A DNA stretch of 64,000 nucleotides from Callorhinchus milii (taxonomy: Eukaryota). Under the pieces are notes generated by a model, which saw only the letters and a program-made list of their open reading frames with translations, was not told the origin of the DNA and searched no databases. Location: NCBI RefSeq assembly GCF_018977255.1, contig NW_024704742.1, forward strand, positions 132,496,001-132,560,000. Reading direction: 5' to 3'. This document shows positions 51,815 to 63,915 of the stretch, one piece after another; the stretch's first letter is position 1; each line of letters begins with the position of its first letter. Position numbers and translations under genes: made by a program.

Positions 51815-53749
51815 TTCTACCACATCTCCTCTGTCCCCCCGCCACCCCGCGCAGGTCATCTCCTCCAACCTTCACTGGGAGGAGATGCTGGATTTCCTTG
51901 AATCCAAAATCAAGGGAATCCGCTCCGCGGTCACTTCCCCTCCAACCTCCACCCACCCCCCAAACCCTCCTTCCCACACTCCGACTCCTACCCATCCTCC
52001 CCTACACACCTTCGTACACATTTCCCCAAACTCATCCTATCCCTGAAACCCATCAACTGCTCCCTTGACCCCATCCCCACTCCACTCCTTATCTCCCAGC
52101 TCCACCTCCTTGCCCCACACATCACAGACATCGTCAACCTGTCCCTCTCCTCTGGCTCTGTTCCCATTCCCCTAAAAACTGCAATCATCACTCCCACTTT
52201 GAAAAAACCCTCCCTTGATACGTCGCAGCTATCAAGCTACCGGCCCATCTCCAACCTCCCCTTCCTGTCCAAGGTCCTTGAAAGAGTTGTCGCCTCCCAG
52301 CTGCGCTCTTTCCTCTCCACCCATTCATTATTCGAACCCCTTCAGTCGGGTTTCCGTGCTGCCCTTAGCACAGAAACTGCCCTGGTCAAGGTCACCAATG
52401 ACATCCTGACCATCTGCGACCAGAACTCCTTCTGCTTCCTCGTCCTCCTCGACCTATCAGCAGCATTCGATACAGTCGACCACGCTATCCTCCTCCACCG
52501 CTTGTCCTCCCACCTCAACCTTCAAGGCCCTGTCCTTGAGTGGTTTAGGTCGTACCTCTCCCACCGTCTTCATTTTGTTTCCACAAACGGCTTTTCCTCC
52601 AGCCCCCGCACTGTCTCGTGTGATGTCCCTCAGGGCTCTGTCCTCGGTCCCCTCCTCTTCACCCTCTATATGCTCCCCCTTGGTGACATCATCCGCAGAC
52701 ATGGGGTTAACTTCCACATGTATGCGGATGACACCCAACTCTACCTTTCCTCCTCTACCCTCAACTCCACGACCACCGATGTCCTGACAGCCTGCCTGTC
52801 CGACATCGAGTCCTGGACGAGAGACAACTTTCTTCAGCTCAACGTGCGCAAAACTGAGGCCCTCCTGATTGGCTCACGTCAGCGCCTCCGCACCTCAGGC
52901 GCTGACAGCATCAGCATCCAAGGCTGCACTCTCCACCTCTCAAAGCCGTCAGGAACCTCGGGATTCTGTTCGACCCTGAGCTGTCCTTTCTTCCTCATAT
53001 CCGCGCCACAACTGGCACCGCCTTCCATCACCTCCGGAATATCACCAGACTACGGCACTACCTCACCCCTCACGCTGCTGAAACTCTGGTCCACGCCTTT
53101 ATCACCTCAAGGCTGGACTATGGGAACTCTCTCCTCGTCGGCCTTCCCGCACCTCCCTCCACACTGCAGGTCATTCAGAACGCTGCAGCTCGTGTACTGT
53201 CCCGCACCAGGCTTGGGGACCACATCACTCCCACCCTCGCTCGCCTCCACTGGCTCCCCATCCCCCAGAGGATCGAATTCAAGATCCTCATCCTCACCTA
53301 CAAGGCCATTCACGGCCTCGCTCCCTCCTACCTCTCTGACCTACTATCCCCCTACTTACCTGCCCGTACCCTCCGTTCCTCTGGCTCCGGTCTGCTCCAC
53401 ATCCCCCGCCCCAACCGCCCTACCATTGGTGGCCGGGCCTTCAGCCTCTCAGCCCCGAGGCTCTGGAACTCTATCCCCCAGTGCCTTCGCCGCCTCCTCC
53501 CTTTCCTCCTTCAAGGCCGGTCTCAAGACCTTTCTCTTTGACCGTGCCTTCAGCTCCCCTCTCAACTCTCTCCCCTCCTCGCCCTCCCTTCCCTCCCCTC
53601 ACCCTGACCATTTCCCCCCTCTTCGCTCCCTCCCTTCCCTCCCCTCACCCTGACCATTTCCCCCCTGCTCGGGTCCAGACCCAACTGTACAGCGCCTTGG
53701 GACGTCCTCCCGACGTGAAAGGCTCTCTCAATGGAATCTTGTTGTTGTT
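51815..53749 (+). mobile_element. L2-clade LINE, 5'-truncated, with RT domain and intact 3' end
   Basis: ORF 52199-: [56 protein letters not shown]; frameshift near 52940; 3' stem-loop and (TTG)n tail. Confidence 0.95.
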
Positions 53750-53994
53750 AAAGTGTTTCAGCTCAGTTGACTGGGTGCCAGCTGCTTTTTATATCTTATA
53801 TATGTTACAGTAAAGTTGTGAAACCAGGGATTTTACGAAATTACTATTTCACTTAGGGACTTCATAAAATACTTAGAGATTCATGAAATAGCTGAAATTA
53901 GGAGTCAGGGATTTTGTGAAATGACTAAGTGATCATTTCATCATATTGATAACTTTGCCTTGACACATGTTCGCAAATAAATAGCACATTTATT

Positions 53995-54280
53995 TGAACC
54001 CTTATAAAACCCTGGTTAGGCCTCAGCTAGAGCAGTGTTCAGTTCTGGGCACCCACTTTAGGAAGGATGTTAAGGTCTGAGAGAGGGTACAAAGCAGATT
54101 TACCAGGATGGTACCAGGAATGAAAGACTTCAGTTATGAGGAGGGGCTAGAGAAGCTAGGATTATTCTCCTTAGAGCAGAGCAGGTTAAGAGGAGACTTA
54201 ATAATAGAAGTTTTCAAAATTTTGAGGGGATTCGATAGGGCGAACAAGGAGAAACTATTTCCACTGGCGAGTGGGTCAGT
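53995..54280 (+). mobile_element. CR1 LINE fragment
   Basis: LYKTLVRPQLE; LGLFSLEQSRLRGDLI. Confidence 0.85.
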
Positions 54281-54282
54281 AA

Positions 54283-54650
54283 TTTATTCCTGAATGGTGA
54301 GCTGAGTTTTTTGAAACTGCACAAATTTTAATGCCGACTGTCCAATCCTGTGTGTAACCAAGCTACCTAACATATCCTTGATCTCACCGTTGGCTTGACT
54401 TTGTGGGTGTCGAGGCTGCCGTGAACTGAAGTGAGGTTTGGCCACACCTGCTGTAGCTCAGTGATAATTTGGGCTGTAAATTCAGAAACTTTGTCACTCT
54501 GGAAGATGGCAAACACAACCATGGAGGAGGAAGGTATCCATGAGCTGAAAGGCTACTTCTGCAGCACATTGTGAGAGGCTTCAGTACACAGAATTTGGTG
54601 AGATGGTCCTGGTACACCATAATCCACTTGAAGTTTGAGTGTGACTTTGT
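54283..54650 (-). mobile_element. Ginger2/KRBA2/SCAND3-type DDE integrase fossil
   Basis: FKWIMVYQDHLTKFCVLKPL / AAEVAFQLMD / QSDKVSEFTAQIITELQQVWP / PRHPQSQ / ANGEIKDML / FVQFQKNSAHHSGI across several frameshifts. Confidence 0.85.
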
Positions 54651-54659
54651 GTTCAAACC

Positions 54660-55057
54660 CCTTCACTTTCTGTTACCTGCCTAGCTCTCCGCCCTCCTGA
54701 TTCCCCAGTCCACCTCCCGGCGCTTCCACTCAACTGTCACCGGGCTCCTGCTCATGCTTCACACCCTCCAGCCCAGCAGCGGAGGTCGTGCTTTCAGCCA
54801 CTATGTCCTGAAACTCTGGAATGCTCTCCCTCAATCTTTCTGCCTTTCCCACCTCGCCCCTTTTGCCCGTTCTCAAGTCCCGCCTAAAATCCTTCCTCTT
54901 TGACTGTACTTACGGCCACCTCCCCCCACCCCCCAGCCCCTTAGCTCGGTGTCACCCCCACCCCCCAACCCCCCGGCTCGGAGTCAGGCTCCGCTGTTGT
55001 TAAGTGCTCTGAGATGCTATCCTGCATGGAGGGTGCTATATATGCAAGTTGTTGTTG
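54660..55057 (+). mobile_element. L2 LINE 3' fragment
   Basis: C-rich L2 3' sequence with (TTG)n tail. Confidence 0.8.
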
Positions 55058-55184
55058 TGACACAGCATATCAATGAGATCAACTTGACTCCTGGACACAA
55101 ACCCTTTAGTGAGAATGGGATGCACAAGAACTCCATTTGTCATAGGCCTCTTCCTCTTCTTCTGGCACTCCTTACAGACGGAGT

Positions 55185-55603
55185 TGGCTGCCTATCCCAG
55201 AGAGGATCGATTTCAAGATCCTCACCCTTGTATTCAAGTCCCTGCACTCCTCTGCACCCCCCCACCTCTCTGACCTCCTCTCTCCTCAAAACAGTACCCG
55301 TTGCCTTCGTTCCTCCGGGTCTGGCCTCCTCCTCGTCCCCCGAGTCCTCCACTCCACCCTCGACGGCTGTGCCTTCAGCCACTATGACCCGAGGCTCTGG
55401 TTACTGCCTTCCTCACTCCCTTCGTCTCACTCTCTCCCTTTCCATTTTCAGGTCTCTGCTGAAAACCTTTCTTTTCGACCGCGCCTTTGGTCACCTTCCT
55501 CCCCCTCCCCCTGGCTCGGTCCCGGGATCCATTACTGTAAAGCGCTCTGAGACGCCGTCCGGCGTGGAGGGCGCTATATAGATCCAAGTTGTTGTTATTG
55601 TTG
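55185..55603 (+). mobile_element. L2 LINE 3' fragment (GTCC-loop subfamily)
   Basis: Highly similar to 5380-5792. Confidence 0.9.
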
Positions 55604-56577
55604 AATAGTTCTAACGCTTTGGTCAAGACATTAGGGTTTTTGTGAAATCCCTGGGTTGACAAATTTACTGTAAAATATGCACAGGGCAAGTCTTTAAGTG
55701 CTGGGCACTGAGAAGGGAGGAGGAGGGGGATGACTATAGGCAAGGTTGAAGAGGTAGATTTTCAGAAGAATTTTAATTACAGATAGGGAAAATTCCATTA
55801 AGAAATACTGCCGATTAGACACCATAGACATCGTTGTCACTTACCAACTCAAGTCCTTCTCCATCCCCATATTAATTTGCACAGATCTGTTAAAGTCTTG
55901 TCCCAAGAGAAATCTATAAACGGAGTAATTTCCATTTCTGCTGTGTTTGCTATTGTTCTTAGGAGTGTCATTAAATCACCGTGCAAGCTAAACTTCCCAA
56001 AAGCTGAAATCATTTTACGACCGTACTGAAAATTTATGTCAATCTTCAATTTTCATATACTTCCAACTATCTTTTGCTTCTTTTGAAAATAGCTGATGAC
56101 TAAATTATTCCTCTGTGTCGAAGACATAAGACTGCTTTTATTGCAATGTGCCTGTGTGACAATTTTGCATCAACAGAATGAAGACAGGATCAGGCATAGC
56201 TTGATTCTGCTGTACAGTGGAATATCAACGCACCAGTTATCTGCATCTCCACTTATGATGTGGAAACAAAACACTGTGGTCCTAGTGAAAATATATACAA
56301 TGAAAACTGTGTAAAGATCCACAAACATTTGAATGTGTAGGGCAAATTGTGATCTTCTAAGATCACATGTCTCCCCCACAGCTTCACCGTGATCCAGTTA
56401 AGCATGTTTATTATTCAATATTTTATTACAGATGCAGTTAAGGGTAAAAGATAGGGAGAGAGAAAGAGATAGAGAAAGAAAACAGGAAAATAGAAACTTA
56501 TAGGTTGTCAGAGAGAGAGAAAGAGTGAAAAAAATGAAGAAAATCAGAGAGATGGACAAAAAGAGCTAGCAAGTGAG

Positions 56578-56958
56578 GCTCGTTTTCAAATCCCTTCATA
56601 CCCTCGCACTTCCCTACCTTTCCGACTTCCTCACCCCCCCACTCCACCATCACTGCCTCCGTTCAGTCGGCTCAGGCCTCCTGTTTGTCCCTTGCACCCT
56701 CCGTTCCACAATCGGCGGCCATGCTTGCAGTCACTACACCTCAAAGCTCTGGAACTCTCTCCCCCAATCCCTCCGCCTTGCCCCCTCTCTCCCCACTTTC
56801 AAATCCTGCCAAAAGACCCTCGTTTTTGTGGGTGCTTACGGTCACCTCCCCCTTCCCTGTCCCCCTGGCTCGGGGTCAGACTCTGCTACTGTCAAGCGCT
56901 CCGGGATGCTACTTGGCGTGAAGGGTGCTATATAAATACAAGTTGGTGGTGTTGTTGT
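56578..56958 (+). mobile_element. L2 LINE 3' fragment
   Basis: LVFKSLHTLA...KLWNSLP; stem-loop and tail. Confidence 0.85.
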
Positions 56959-57445
56959 AAGTTGGTACTGTAGCCAATTTGTGTTTTGCATGGTGATACA
57001 AGATGCAATACAAATTTATACTTATATCGCGCCTTTCATGTCGAGTGAATATCCAGAGAATGCACCTGAGCTGGGGATGAAGGCCGAGGTGGTGGGTGGG
57101 CGGGTGGTTGAGAGGTTTAAGGAGAAAAGATGGCTGAAAGCACAGACAAAGATGAAGGTCTTGAGGTAGATCTTGAAGGAGGCGAGGGATGGGGTGAGTT
57201 GAAGAGACTCGGGGATGATAACCTGTTATCTGCATTGTTTTCAAATCCACAATTGGCCAGGTGCCAATTAATTTGGGCCCTCTACAACAACAATATCATG
57301 CATTTGTCTTGCTCCCTTCACGTGGGGTAGTGTCCCGGAGCGCTTCTATTGTATGAAGAATAATTACTTGAGTGAAGGACCAGAGGATCATTGTGGCATC
57401 ATTCCCCAGAATGAGTCAGTGTTTTGAGGAACATAGAAAATTGCT

Positions 57446-58069
57446 GAGTGGAGGAACAATGTAACTCCAACTTTTTTCATGACAAAGCACTGTCATGTCA
57501 GGAATCCTTGACAATTATTTATTCTGTTTCGAAATGAGAACAGAACATTTTAAAACAGACAATGAAATTATTTTCTGGATCTCACTTTGATTTCGCAATG
57601 CCATCCCAACAACTTTCAAGGTTGATTCTGTGCCCTTCCCTTTGTGCTTCGAGTTAAATGCAAATGTGAAGCTGCATCACAATTTTCCCACTACAGTAAC
57701 CACTCTGAGATACTGTGATACCTTTCTGCCTGGCGATACTACTGCTATACTACCATGTAGTGGAGTCCTGTAACATATTGGTTATAGCACTCGCTTCGCA
57801 CGTGAGAGGACCTGGTTTTGATTCCTGGGCTGGGTGAAACGTAAGCCGAGTTTCCTTACTCCACGTGCCTCTGTTTACCTAACAGTAAGTAGGAACATGG
57901 TTGTTGATTGACAGATCGCTTTTCTGTGGCTAATAATCCTTTAAAAAATAATAACGATTTGTTTACTCAATTCGGGACTGTTTTTGGAACACTGCTGTGT
58001 GCAATTGGCTGTCGCATTTCGACAGTGCTTTGACGCGAAAAAAGTTGGAGTTACATTGTTCCTCCACTC
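57446..58069. repeat. 49-bp inverted repeat pair (57446-57494 and 58021-58069)
   Basis: 46 of 49 positions match as reverse complements. Confidence 0.9.
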
Positions 58070-58120
58070 TAAATCCACTTTAGAGTATATTCTGTGAAGC
58101 GCTTTGTGACGTCTCGAAGG
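57762..58120 (+). mobile_element. Long-variant tRNA-SINE containing a 49-bp foreign insert
   Basis: tRNA head and body; 58021-58069 is not SINE sequence. Confidence 0.8.
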
Positions 58121-58685
58121 ATACATTCTCAAATAACATTATTGTTCTGTTGGGTACCACTACCTCTCTCAAAAGAAGTGCACTGTATACACGCTAACAT
58201 TTCTCTTAATCCACTGAATGGAAATAATGCCTGTGGAAAACCTCAGTAATTAATAGAATTTCTGAAAGACTTCATTGTTTGAATGAATATTTGATAGACT
58301 TTTTTCCCTCAAAACAGTAACTTGGTTGATAACAGCCATTATTTGGTATTTGTATATTGGATGATTAGGTCTCTCACACTATATCAGGAAAATAATTTAT
58401 GTTTTATTACTTATTCCTCACCCCAACATGTTACTGAAATGACCTTTATAGAGAGCATTCGTGTTTTTAAAAATCCTGTTAAATCATGGTTCGATTGGCT
58501 GTATTGATGATTTGAATGTTCACGGCTGCACAATCAATACAGATATCCAAACTGAGGTTTTATATCAACCAAAACTACATCACCAATTAGTAGAGCTGAT
58601 CCTGAGGTAGAATGAAAATCCTGCTTTTACTTTTGATTGTGAACATACAATTTACATTTACACAGCACCTTTCGCATTAGGAGGA

Positions 58686-59052
58686 CAACAACAACAGCTT
58701 GCACTTATATAGCACCCTCCACGCAGGGGATCGTCTCAGAGCGCTTAACAGTGGCGGAATCTGACTCCGAGCCGGGAGGTGGGGGGAGGTGGCCATAAGC
58801 ATGGTCTAAGAGGAAGGTTTTCAGGCGGGACTTGAAAAAGGGGAGGGAGGGGTCAAGTTGAAGGGACTGATGAAGAGAGTTCCAGAGATTTGGGACATAG
58901 GGGCTGAAAGCACAACCTCCGATGATGGGGTGGAGGGTGCGAGAGTCGAGCAGGAGGCTGGTGCCAGACGAGCGGAGGCACCGGGTGGTGGAGTGGAGAG
59001 TGAAGAGGTCGGAGAAGTAGGGAGGTGCCAGCGAGTGAAGGGATTTCAACAC
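58686..59052 (-). mobile_element. L2 LINE 3' fragment
   Basis: ORF 58705-59178 contains LVLKSLHSLAPPY...LWNSL. Confidence 0.85.
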
Positions 59053-59428
59053 AAGTCTGGATGTCCTAAAGCTCCTCACAGTGCTGGATGGACACCTGAG
59101 CTGGGGTTGGGAGCTGAGGAGTGTGGGGAAAAAGCTCAGATGGGTCAAATATGCCCCGCTCCATCTCGGTGAAAGCATGTGAGATATTATCCTATTTGAA
59201 ATTATCTGTACATGGTACTTTCAAGTGCACGTTGATCTCATATCACTAATTCATTAATAATAATTTGTAATGATAATTCTTGCATTGATATGTAATCAAT
59301 AGAAATATTTAAATGAGTGACAGACACTTGGGTAGTAGGGGTATTAAGGAATATGGCAGAAAGGCGGAGCATTGGGATCCAAACATTTGACAAGATCTAA
59401 TAAACTGGTGGAACTGGCTTGATGAACT

Positions 59429-59765
59429 GGAGTCCTGTAGCTCAGTGGTTAGAGCACTCGCTTTGCAAGTGAGAGACCTGAGTTCAATTCCAGGCAGAGG
59501 GTGAAACCTTGGGCAAGTTTCCTTACTCCACACAGAGCCTAATAATAATCATAATAATAATAATAATCCCTTCAAAACCAAAAACAATAATAAATTGGTC
59601 ATTTTCAATCTACGATTGTTTGTGGGACATTGCTGTGCGCAATTGGCTGCCGCGTTCGCCCACAAATATACAGTCAATTCACTTTACAGTGTGTTCTGTG
59701 AAGCGCTTTGGGACGTCCTCCCGACGTGAAAAGCGCTATATCAAATGCAAGGATTGTTGTTGTTG
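59429..59765 (+). mobile_element. tRNA-Ala SINE short variant with (TTG)n tail, inserted in a CR1 3' end
   Basis: Full length; CR1 3' UTR sequence on both sides. Confidence 0.9.
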
Positions 59766-60361
59766 AATGGCATTCTCCTGTGCCTGTTTCCTTATGTGTC
59801 TTATCTGTGGCTGTTAACTTGACGAAAACTCTGAGGGAATGTTAATAAGAATTTAACAAGGGGATTGCAAATGATCTGCACCCACGCTGCAGATGTGGAT
59901 CTATAAACGATATTCTCCCTATTGTCCTACAATTACAGCATTCAGCTGTTGTGCAATAGAAGTATTGCTGGCTGCTCACAGCTGGAAGATTCTCTGAAAC
60001 AGCCCCTCTGTTCCATGTGACTGAAACATTGTAATTAAAGATTTAAATAAGAAGCAGTGAAAGACTAAAATGCACCAGAATTTCTTCTTACTTACGCCAA
60101 TGGAATTATTAAAAATGTCAAACCAAATTCTTAATATTTTTTGCAAACAGCATATATTCATTTTTAAAATCTCTGTGGAAATCCCGCCCGAGTCTAGACT
60201 TGCTCTGTTTACATAGCATTTCAGAGTTTGCAGAGCTTTGCAGTCTTGAATTCAGTTTGAATGTGAATAGAAAGATTTCCCAAACTAAGCTAATTTGTGA
60301 ACCATTTAAATTAGCTGTTCAATGAATTTACAGAAAAGGTTTCGAATTAAGACTGTATTTA

Positions 60362-60770
60362 AGCTTGGCTAACTAGGTAACACTCTCACGTCTGAGTCAG
60401 AGGTTGTAGGTTCAAGCCCCACATCGGGACTTATCCCATAGTTTGGCACCCGAATGCGAACTGCTTTGCCGTAGTTGTCCATCCTTTTGATGAGATGTTA
60501 ATCCGAGGTCCTACCTGCTTGTTCAAGTGAATGTTAACAATCCCATTGTATTATTCAAAAAAGAAGGGAGTTTGTCCTACTGCCCTGGCCAACAGTGTCC
60601 AGATAAACATGGTCATTCAGTTCATGGCTGTTTGTGGAACATTGCTGTGCACAAACTAGCCGTTACGTTTGCCAACAAAATACACAATCACTATAATTCA
60701 CAGTAAATCCTGTGGAGCATTTGAGATGTCATAAGATACTATATCAAATGCAAGAATAACAATTATTATT
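60362..60770 (+). mobile_element. Deu-domain SINE
   Basis: Same architecture; GATGAGATGTTAATCCGAGGTCC core. Confidence 0.75.
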
Positions 60771-63115
60771 ACCAAATTCTGGAAACTCTGAAATACTGAG
60801 AAAATAGAGTAAAATCTCTCTACCCAGGTAGAGTCTCTGCCCTTTAAACAAGAATGTAACAATCTTCCTTTACATAACTTGACTAAGAGCAGAAATATGT
60901 AATTGCACTGCCTGTAAATGTTTAAATAATGGTGCAAGGCATGAGGAATCCCTGTAGAGATGCAAAGCAAATCGTATGGCTTCGTGGAGGGGAAAGCAAG
61001 CTGTGATTGAAATAGTTATTGACAAATATTGGGGTGAGTTTCTGCTGGCTAGCAAAATTACTGACCTTGGCAGCGGGTAGCTATAATGGGATTTCTATAT
61101 TAATAATCACATGCTGCCAAAGTCGGTAGCTTTTCCAATCAGCAAAATTTCATGCCTTGCCGTTCCTCTGGGTATTTTGTGCTTATTGTTTCTAAATTAT
61201 TGAAGGTCTGTACAGAAGCTTTTTTTGAAAATATCTGCGTGTAATGCTTGACTTGTTCATTGTTCTTTTGTCATCAGCAATTGTAGAATTCACGTCCTCC
61301 ATAGCCTGAAGTATCAAATATTTTAACAGTAATTAATAATTAATAGTTTGGAAATTATGGTATTTTAGGCCTCAGTTGAGGATAATAGCTCTTTAATCAG
61401 TCATGGTTTCAAAAATGCAGCTGGTTTCAAAGGAGTAGTTGATGCCAAACATATATCCTTACTGTGACTTTATGTCTATTTATGACCAGCAATTGATGCT
61501 CACTATTATGGATAACAAATGCCAAGTAAATGAAAGTTATTATTTTACTATTTTCTTTAAAACTTTTTATGTTTTTATCGAAATAGATTTGCCATTTCTT
61601 AAGCCACCTACGATATAATAAACCTTGCATTTGATATAGTGGCTTAACACCAATTGTCAAGACGTCTCAAAGTGCTTCACCGGATTTTTAACTTTACTGA
61701 CTGTGAAGTGTAGTGACTGTGATGAGGAATAAAACAGACCTGACCTGTATTGGAGCTTTCATGGTTCAAGTGATTTCAATTTCCTATGTGTTATTGCAAG
61801 TGCTGCCCCGTGTGAAGGGCATATATAAATCCAAGTTATTGTTGTTAAAGTGGCTTTTGAGACACAATTCTGATAAAGCGCACAGAGCATAGTAGTGCAG
61901 TGATAAATGGTGTTAAAGCTGAACTGCCCTTAGATTGAAAATTGTCACCTAAACTTGGAGCATGATCTGTGTGATGTCAATGAGACATTGTTAATTGTCT
62001 TTCTCAGCGTGTAGGCTTCAGAGTGCAGATGGGCAGCTCTTTATGGCTTTATGGCGCTGTCAGTGCTTGTCCCGAGCAATAAATATATTCTGAAATTTAT
62101 AGGTCCATGTAAATTAGACCCAAATTAATTCAGACATTGATGGCAGGTTCAGAACTTTCAAAGTACCTTCTATCTTATTCTTGACTACTCTTTACAGCTG
62201 TTCAGCTTGGAAAATAGGATTTAAAGATTCTGCTCTGTTACATAATAGTGCAGTAGCTTTTTGACTCCTGTGAGCAGAATGTTAACTAACTTGGTTTGTG
62301 GCATTATACTTTTAATGGTACCTTCCGTGTCTGTTATGAATATCTATTTTCCTCTTGTGATACTGACAAGTTCCTGGGAACTGTTCAAGGTTACAAATAA
62401 ATGAAATAGTGTAATTTTTATAGCCTTCTCTATGTAGATTGAAGAAGTAACATTATTAGGGTTTTTTTTTCATTTCATTTAACATTGTTAGGGGATTTTT
62501 ATTGTTTCGCCGACAAATATATAGTCAACACTTTATAGTATATTCTGTGAAGCGCTTTGAGAGGTCTAGAAGATGTGAAAAGAGCTATATCAAATGCAAG
62601 GAATATTATTATTATTTTAAAGACCGAGCATGTGGGAGGGACAGGTTGCTCAGAGACTCGGGAGAGGGGACTGTCCAGAGTGATGGACAAATGTTGCAAA
62701 CGGAAGAGCCAGGCAGGAATCTATATTCAGAAACAGAGGTGTGAATACATTTAAGGGGAACTCCAAAGATAGAGACAGCATGAGGTAGTTTCGCAAAGGT
62801 AGAGGGTGGACAAAATGAATTGTGGAGGTATCAACAGAATTAAAATAATTTGTTCCTTCATGTCCACTTTATTATTAATAATCCTCAACAATTGTCAGCA
62901 ACTCTGCTGGAATAGTGGATGAATTATTAAAGTGAACAGTACATTTTCACACCTCTTCTACACAAAAATCTTTATCTACAAAGAGTAATATGCCATGACA
63001 AAGATTATGCATCTGTAAGCTTGTGATAGATTTAGTTATTCATCAGTATATCTCTGCCATTTTTGAGAGGGAGAGTACTTTTATGAGAAAGATACAGAAA
63101 GAATAGAGAAGCAGA

Positions 63116-63433
63116 AAATAATAATAATTATAATCCTTGCATTTGATATAGCGCTTTTCACGTCGGGAGGACGTCCCAAAGCGCTTCACAGAACACACTG
63201 TAAAGTGAATTAACTGTATATTTGTGGGCGAACGCAGCAGCCAATTGCGCACAGCAATGTCCCACAAACAGTCGTAGATTGAAAATGACCAATTTATTAT
63301 TGTTTTTGGTTTTGGAGGGATTATTATTAGGCTCTGTGTGGAGTAAGGAAACTTGCCCAAGGTTTCGCCCTGCCTGGAATTGAACTCAGGTCTCTCACTT
63401 GCAAAGCGAGTGCTCTAACCACTGAGCTACAGG
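63116..63433 (-). mobile_element. tRNA-Ala SINE short variant (CACAGAGCC subfamily)
   Basis: Near-identical to 50913-51234. Confidence 0.92.
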
Positions 63434-63579
63434 AAAAGTTATAGAAGTCTCAAATGATACCCATTAATTTCTAGTTCCATGTTCTATGTTTTTAGACAGA
63501 TATGACAGCACTAAGATAAAGGAGGCTGTTACTCTTGATTTTTTTTTTGGTCTACCGTGTGTCTGACGCATCCGGAAAC

Positions 63580-63915
63580 CGAGCTCCATGCATCCCACTT
63601 ACACATGGAAATTTCAGAGATATTTATTGGAATGGAATGTGCACTTTCTCTTAGGAGGGACGCATCCTGCTTACCTAATTCAAGAGTGTTAGGTGCAGGT
63701 TGACAAGAGGCAAGGCATAAGGACCCAGAGTGTGTGTTGATGTGACTGCTGGATTCTAACCAGCTAAAACCCGGTTGGTTAGCTTGCCTTTGCAAGCACT
63801 GTCTGGCAAGCAGTCCTGCTGTTTGTCCATCTAGCTTCACTCTACCTATTGGGGCTTTGACTTGCAGGGGAAACAGGAGCTGAATGAGAAGAATCCCTGC
63901 CCCCTCTGATTATTT
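63580..63915 (+). mobile_element. Putative Tx1/L1-like relic (copy 3 of 3, opposite orientation)
   Basis: Reverse complement matches 37510-37825 (e.g. ATGCATCCCACTTACACATGGAAATTTCAGAGATATTTATTG). Confidence 0.5.

Noticed and set aside
51698..51901. ORF containing HLLQP, reminiscent of the C-terminus of ENHO/adropin, the human neighbour of DNAI1
   Set aside because: No hydrophobic N-terminal segment, wrong strand relative to the human arrangement, and it overlaps L2 sequence. No adropin-like ORF was found in the window.
56431..56560. Purine-rich stretch after ttttattacag as a candidate DNAI1 last exon
   Set aside because: GA-rich low complexity, early stop, and no EIAK/DKLL similarity.
63043..63360. 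Recurrent small ORF family (GKFPYST...WDIAVRNWL...KRYIKCKDYYY)
   Set aside because: Translation of the SINE body repeated across copies, not a gene family.
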